Shown in pieces: positions 29,292-34,882 of a stretch of 34,882 bases of DNA. The first letter of the stretch is position 1. Each line of letters opens with the position of its first letter. The DNA is taken from the UHGV virus genome UHGV-0371280, one strand, 5' to 3'. This DNA is from a virus. Position numbers and translations under genes: made by a program. Under the pieces are notes generated by a model, which had not been told where the DNA came from, made no database searches, and was given only the letters and a program-made list of their open reading frames with translations.

Positions 29292-32200
29292 ATGGCAGAG
29301 CAAACCTCGCGTCTCGCAATAATTATTGATAGCACTGGAGCGAAAAATAATGCTGACAATCTGACCTCCTCATTAGTCAAAATGACGCAGGCTGGGGAAA
29401 CTGCTGCAAATAGCGCAGGGAAAGTGACTAAGGCAACAGAAGATGAGAAGAACGCGCTCGCAAAATTAAAAGCAGCTATTGATCCAGTTGGTGCCGCAAT
29501 TGATACTGTCGGTCGACGCTATTCTGAATTAAAGAAATTTTTCGATAAAGGGCTTATTGATAAAGAAGAATATGAATTTCTTGTCCGTAAACTTAATGAA
29601 ACCACAGAGGAATTGAGCGGGGTTGCGCAAGCGCAGAGAGAAGCCGAGAAGGCCGGAAAACTTGCTGCCGCCCAGCAGGAAGCGCAGGCTCAGGCCTTTC
29701 AAAGAATGCTGGACAAGATCGACCCTCTGGCTGCGGCGCTAAGAAATCTTGAACAACAGCATGATGAACTTAATGCTGCGTTTGCATCCGGGAAAATAAA
29801 TGGTTCTCAGTTTGAGAATTATAGCCGAAAAATACAGGAAACACGGCGAGAGCTTACCGGAGAGGCTCAGGCAGAGCGAGAAGCAGCAAAAGCGCATGAT
29901 GAACAGGTTGTTGCTTTGCAACGTCTGATTGCTCAACTTGATCCTGTCGGAACTGCTTTTAATCGTCTGGTAGAACAACAGAAACAGCTCAATGAAGCAA
30001 AAGCTAAGGGGATGCTTTCTCCTGAAATGTATGAGGAGCTTTCTGGAAAACTTCGTGCTATGCGGAGTGAGCTTGAGGTTACTCAATCACAATTAAGCAA
30101 AACCGGAATGTCGGCAAAACAAACGGCTTTTGCTATGCGCATGTTGCCTGCACAAATGACGGATATTGTTGTTGGGTTGTCCACTGGTCAGTCGCCATTT
30201 ATGGTGTTAATGCAGCAGGGCGGCCAGCTAAAAGATATGTTCGGTGGGATTGGCCCGGCGATCAAAGGGGTAGGTTCTTATGTGCTGGGATTAATTAATC
30301 CTTTTACCCTGGCCGCAGCAGCCGTTGGGGTCTTAGGACTGGCTTACTATAAAGGCTCTCAGGAGCAGGACGAATTTAATAAATCTCTTATTCTTACCGG
30401 AAATCAGTTGGGGACAACCAGCGGGCAATTGGGCGATTTAGCTCAACGTGCCGGGAATGCGGCTGATTCGACAACTGGTGCTGCGGCGGCAGTATTAAAT
30501 CAGCTTGTGCGTTCGGGAAAGGTAGCGAGCAGTTCGCTGGAGCAAGTGACGACAGCGATAGTAAAAACGAGCGAAGTAACAGGAATATCAACCGAACAAC
30601 TGGTTAATGACTTCAATGAAATTGCAAAGGATCCTGTCAGTGCCATATCAAAACTTAATGATCAGTACCATTTTCTGACACTTGCGACTTATAACCAGAT
30701 TAAGGCGCTACAGGATGAAGGGAACCAGCAGGAGGCCGCCCGCATTGCGACAGAAGAATACTCATCCTCAATGATCCAGCGCACCAACCAGATTAAAGAA
30801 AATCTTGGTTATCTTGAGACTGCATGGAAAGCTGTCGCAGACTCCGCAAAATGGGCATGGGATTCCATGCTGGATATTGGCCGTGAGGCCTCCCTTGATC
30901 AAAAAATCTCAGATGTTCTCCGTCAAATTGATGAAATAGAAAAAAATACCCGATCCGGAGTTTTCGGGTTAGGTGGCATTGGAGATGGCGGAGCTCAAAA
31001 TAAAAGGCTGGCACGATTAAAGCAGCAATTGGGCGTACTTCAAGCAGAAAAAATTGCTCAGGACGTACTAAATTCATCAATAAACGATTACAACAAGCGA
31101 CAACAGGAAGGAATTGAACTCAGACAGAGAGCAGATGCCTTTTCAAAACAATATCAGACCCGGGAGCAGCAGAGAGCTAGTGAACTTGCAAAACTGGAAA
31201 AGCTAAAGAATCAGTATTCAAAGGAAGAATATAATAATCTTATCGCTCAAATAAATGAGCGTTATAAAGATCCAAAGCAACCAAAGGCGAAAGATTATTC
31301 TGATGATGCAGCCCAACGAATGATTGATCATCTGAATCAACAGAATGCGTTACTAAGTTCACAAGCTGAGTTGACCGTTAAATTAAGTTCCTCTGAACAG
31401 GAACTGGTTAAGTGGCGTCAGCGGATTGCCGACCTAGAGTCACGACCATCATCGAAATTAACCCAGGATCAGAAATCGCTTCTCTTACACCGGGAAGAAA
31501 TAACCACGTTGATGGAGAAAAATGTTGCGATTGAAAAAAATAACAGGCTAATCAAGGAATCCGCCGAAATAACAGCATGGCGTGATTCATTGCAGGCTTC
31601 GATTGATAATCGTCAGCAGGGGTATGATATTCAGATTGCTGGTTATGGGGTTGGCGGTAAAAATCAGCAACGCCAGCAGGAATTACTGCGGATTGAACAT
31701 GGATATAACAATCAGCGTCTGCAACTTGAACGTGACTATGCAGATAAATCCCGTGGAATGTCAGATCATGTTTTTCAAGAGAAAATGCAGGCTCTGAATG
31801 ATGCTCTGGAACGGGAAAAAGAAATTGTCAGACAGAAAAACGAGCAGCTCGATATTCAGGCAGGAGACTGGGTTAGTGGTGCCTCCCAGGGATTCAATAA
31901 CTGGCTGGATGACACTAAGGATATCAGTGAGCAGATAAAATCAACCACGACTCAGATGTTTGATGGGATGACCGATGCGCTGGGTGATTTTGTCACGACA
32001 GGCAAGGCAAATTTTCGTTCTTTCGCTACTTCCGTGATTTCGGATCTTAGTCGAATAGCATTAAAGGCTTCAATTACTGGGATTTTCGACAGCATTAGTA
32101 ACAGTTCTTCTGGGGGGATTTTAGGAACTATCGGGAGTGCTATTAGTAAATTTATTCCGAATGCAAAGGGCGGTGTTTATGAGTCTCCGTCATTGAGCAC

Positions 32201-32525
32201 GTATTCGAACGGTATTTATGATTCCCCGCAATTTTTTGCTTTTGCAAAAGGGGCTGGTGTTTTTGGTGAGGCTGGACCGGAAGCCATTATGCCATTAACA
32301 CGAACTTCCGATGGTTCTCTTGGTGTCAGAGCTATTAATAGTAAAAGTGGTAATGGAGGCGGAGATATTACCTATGCCCCTGTATACCAAATCACTATTC
32401 AAAATGACGGCCAGAATGGAGAGATTGGCCCTCAGGCAATAAAAGCACTTATGGGGATGGTTGATCAGCGGGTGCAGGGCAATCTGTTAAATATGCGACG
32501 TGATGGGGGAATGTTAAGTGGCTAA
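29292..32525 (+). CDS. Tail tape measure protein (lambda H-like)
   Basis: 1077 aa; conserved block [39 protein letters not shown] parallels lambda [40 protein letters not shown]; C-terminus [35 protein letters not shown] is also H-like; long coiled-coil middle. Confidence 0.93.
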
Positions 32526-32856
32526 TACGGAAGAATTTCACTGGTTACCAGAGGATGGAATGAAAACAGAAAATAAACCATCGATAAAAACTGTAAGATT
32601 TGGCGATGGTTATGAGCAACGAAGTCCAAATGGACTTAATCATTCTCTGCGCGTTTTCACCTGTGATTTCAAAGTTGAGGCGAATGAACGTGATTCATTT
32701 GAAAAATTTTTAGCCCGGCATGAAGGCTATAAATCTTTTTTTTGGCGCCCGCCGGGTATTAACAGAAAAATCAGAGTGGTGTGTCGAACGTGGTCAGCGA
32801 CAGAACATATCACCTATACCGATTTTTCGTGTCAGTTTGACGAAGTGGTGATCTGA
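32518..32856 (+). CDS. M: Minor tail protein M
   Basis: 112 aa with ...[24 protein letters not shown]...KSFFWRPP..., aligning with lambda gpM (RKVRFGDGYSQRAPAGLN...KSFLWTPP). GTG start overlapping the tape-measure stop. Confidence 0.9.
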
Positions 32857-33554
32857 TGCAGGACATACAACAGGAAACGCTGAATGAATGCATTCGTGCG
32901 GAGCAGTCGGCCAGCGTGGTGCTCTGGGAAATCGACCTGACCGAGGTAGGCGGGGATCGCTACTTTTTCTGTAATGAGCAGAACGAAAAAGGTGAGTCTG
33001 TCACCTGGCAGAGTCGGCAGTATCAGGCCTATCCCATTCAGGGGAGTGGATTTGAGATGAACGGCAAGGGCAGTGCTGCCCGTCCGACACTGACGGTCTC
33101 TAACCTGCACGGCATGATCACCGGGATGGCGGAAGATCTGCAGAGTCTGGTCGGTGGAACGGTGGTCCGGCGTAAGGTTTACGCCCGCTTTCTGGATGCG
33201 GTGAACTTCGTCAACGGAAACAGCGAAGCCGATCCGGAGCAGGAGGTGATCAGCCGCTGGCGCATCGAGCAGTGCAGCGAACTGAGCGCGGTCAGTGCCT
33301 CTTTTGTACTGTCCACGCCGACTGAAACGGATGGCGCTGTTTTTCCGGGACGTATCATGCTGGCCAACACCTGCACCTGGACCTATCGCGGCGATGAGTG
33401 CGGTTATAGCGGTCCGGCGGTCGCGGATGAATATGACCAGCCGACGTCCGATATCACGAAGGATAAATGCAGCAAATGCCTGAGTGGCTGTAAGTTTCGC
33501 AATAATGTCGGCAACTTTGGCAGCTTCCTTTCCATTAACAAACTTTCGCAGTAA
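32856..33554 (+). CDS. L: Minor tail protein L
   Basis: 232 aa [72 protein letters not shown]..., near-identical to lambda gpL. Confidence 0.95.
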   Translation: MQDIQQETLNECIRAEQSASVVLWEIDLTEVGGDRYFFCNEQNEKGESVTWQSRQYQAYPIQGSGFEMNGKGSAARPTLTVSNLHGMITGMAEDLQSLVGGTVVRRKVYARFLDAVNFVNGNSEADPEQEVISRWRIEQCSELSAVSASFVLSTPTETDGAVFPGRIMLANTCTWTYRGDECGYSGPAVADEYDQPTSDITKDKCSKCLSGCKFRNNVGNFGSFLSINKLSQ

Positions 33555-33559
33555 ATCCC

Positions 33560-33715
33560 ATGACAGAGACAGAATCAGCGATTCTGGCGCACGCCCGGCG
33601 ATGTGCGCCAGCGGAGTCGTGCGGCTTCGTGGTGAGAACGCCGGAGGAGGAAAGATATTTTCCCTGCGTGAATATCTCCGGTGAACCGTTACGCCACCAG
33701 TCATCCCCGCGATGA
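33560..33715 (+). pseudogene. K: Tail assembly protein K, 5' fragment (codons 1-43) fused to antisense K sequence; stops after 51 codons
   Basis: MTETESAILAHARRCAPAESCGFVVRTPEEERYFPCVNISGEP matches the lambda gpK N-terminus, then reads LRHQSSPR*. Breakpoint about 33683-33688. Confidence 0.8.
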
Positions 33716-33867
33716 AAATCCGGCATCTCAATTCCCGCCAGATGGTAAGCGTCCCGGAACAGCGTGTAACAGTCCGTTACCCCGTGCTCAAAGCGCCGCC
33801 CGGTGAGATGCGGCACACAGCGGAATTTATGAATCGCCCCCCGGCAGACCAGCCACCACGGCAAATC
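33685..33867 (-). pseudogene. K: Inverted internal fragment of K (about codons 89-149)
   Basis: Minus strand encodes DLPWWLVCRGAIHKFRCVPHLTGRRFEHGVTDCYTLFRDAYHLAGIEMPDFHRGDDWWRNG, the gpK middle region, bounded on both sides by plus-strand K and I sequence. Confidence 0.8.
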
Positions 33868-33868
33868 C

Positions 33869-34339
33869 ATGGCACGCATCTGCCTTTACGGGGATTTACA
33901 ACGATTTGGCCGCCGCATCGACCTTCGAGTGAAAACGGGGTCCGAAGCCATCCGGGCGCTGGCCATGCAGATCCCGGCATTTCGTCAGAAACTGAGCGAC
34001 GGCTGGTACCAGGTACGCATTGCCGGGCGTGATGCAGGTGAAACCGAATTGTCTGCCCGTCTTAATGAGCCGCTGGAAAATGGTGCCGTGATCCATATCG
34101 TGCCGCGTCTGGCAGGAGCCAAAAGTGGCGGTGTGTTTCAGGCTGTGCTGGGGGCGGCTGTTATGGCGGTTGCTATATGGATGAAAGGCAGATGCGTGCC
34201 ATGCCCGGTGACGCCAGAGGGAGTGTGTGCGTCGCTGCCATTTGTCGGTGTACCTCTCTCGTTTGCTCAGTTGTTCAGGAATATGGTGCAGCAGCTCGCT
34301 GTCACCACAGTAAATGGCGGCATGATTCGGCACCGATGA
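33869..34339 (+). pseudogene. I: Tail assembly protein I, 5' portion (about codons 1-100) running into antisense K sequence
   Basis: MARICLYGDLQRFGRRIDLRVKTGSEAIRALAMQIPAFRQKLSDGWYQVRIAGRD...VPRLAGAKSGGVFQAVLGAA matches the lambda gpI N-terminus. From about 34170-34184 the frame is antisense of the K 3' end (IWMKGRCVPCPV...). Confidence 0.75.
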
Positions 34340-34531
34340 ACCAAAGCAGCACAGCAGCACGTCGCCAGGCTGCGCCTCTGTCAGTGCGACACGGTAAAAA
34401 CCAGTCGCCTCCATATTGTCAAGATAGAGATTCTGACCGTTACGCCACCAGTCATCCCCGCGATGAAAATCCGGCATCTCAATCCCCGCCAGATGATAAG
34501 CATCCCGGAACAGCGTGTAACAGTCCGTCAC
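34184..34531 (-). pseudogene. K: Inverted fragment of K (about codons 118-233)
   Basis: Minus strand encodes VTDCYTLFRDAYHLAGIEMPDFHRGDDWWRNGQNLYLDNMEATGFYRVALTEAQPGDVLLCCFGSSVPNHAAIYCGDSELLHHIPEQLSKRERYTDKWQRRTHSLWRHRAWHASAF. Its 5' end abuts the ATG of the next plus-strand K copy. Confidence 0.8.
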
Positions 34532-34882
34532 ATGACACAGACAGAATCAGCGATTCTGGCGCACGCCCGGCGATGTGCGCCAGCGGAGTCGTGCGGCTTC
34601 GTGGTAAGCACGCCGGAGGGGGAAAGATATTTCCCCTGCGTGAATATCTCCGGTGAGCCGGAGGCGTATTTCCGTATGTCGCCGGAAGACTGGCTGCAGG
34701 CAGAAATGCAGGGTGAGATTGTGGCGCTGGTCCACAGCCACCCCGGTGGTCTGCCCTGGCTGAGTGAGGCCGACCGGCGGCTGCAGGTGCAGAGTGATTT
34801 GCCGTGGTGGCTGGTCTGCCGGGGGACGATTCATAAGTTCCGCTGTGTGCCGCATCTCACCGGGCGGCGTTTTGAGCACGGG
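34532..34882 (+). CDS. K: Tail assembly protein K, N-terminal 116 codons of a second copy; runs off the right edge
   Basis: MTQTESAILAHARRCAPAESCGFVVSTPEGERYFPCVNISGEPEAYFRMSPEDWLQAEMQGEIVALVHSHPGGLPWLSEADRRLQVQSDLPWWLVCRGTIHKFRCVPHLTGRRFEH... is colinear with lambda gpK to the window end. Confidence 0.85.
   Translation, partial: MTQTESAILAHARRCAPAESCGFVVSTPEGERYFPCVNISGEPEAYFRMSPEDWLQAEMQGEIVALVHSHPGGLPWLSEADRRLQVQSDLPWWLVCRGTIHKFRCVPHLTGRRFEHG

Noticed and set aside
29739-31797. ORFs 29739-30086, 30394-30591, 30793-31080, 31582-31797
   Set aside because: Inside or antisense to the tape measure gene.
32832-33731. Minus-strand 299 aa ORF, plus 33179-33376, 33295-33483, 33484-33684
   Set aside because: Antisense or alternate frames of lambda-like L and the K fragment; L is conserved across its full length on the plus strand.
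33712-34879. ORFs 33712-34032, 33777-33980, 34177-34656, 34547-34879
   Set aside because: Alternate frames spanning the scrambled K/I segments; the homology-supported frames are those listed as K and I fragments.

Overview
The window is a composite of two lambdoid prophage late regions in opposite orientation, with no early (integrase, immunity, replication, Q, holin) genes anywhere in it. Part A (1-14375, minus strand) is a near-canonical lambda morphogenesis block read right to left: 5'-truncated phage-21-type lysozyme R, Rz/Rz1 spanins, an AT-rich opposite-strand moron, cos, then Nu1-A-W-B-C/Nu3-D-E-FI-FII-Z-U-V-G/GT-H (H runs off the left edge). Part B (14379-34882, plus strand) looks like a more complete Rac-like prophage: a 25-codon lysozyme 3' remnant, Rz/Rz1, the trkG potassium-uptake cargo gene, a ParB-like protein coupled to an uncharacterised DxD-motif protein, then a non-lambda packaging/head module (terS, terL, portal, head morphogenesis, scaffold, capsid, neck genes, tail tube, G/GT chaperone with an A_AAA_AAG slippery site) joined to a lambda-like tail module (tape measure, M, L). 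At the right end the K and I tail-assembly genes are scrambled into five segments of alternating orientation. The most notable observations are the head-to-head lysozyme junction, a variant cosN, the uncharacterised ParB-like/DxD cargo pair, and the K/I scramble, which may be genuine rearrangement or misassembly. All calls rest on reading the six-frame translations against remembered protein families; no database search was run. No tRNA, CRISPR array, IS element or integrase was recognised.
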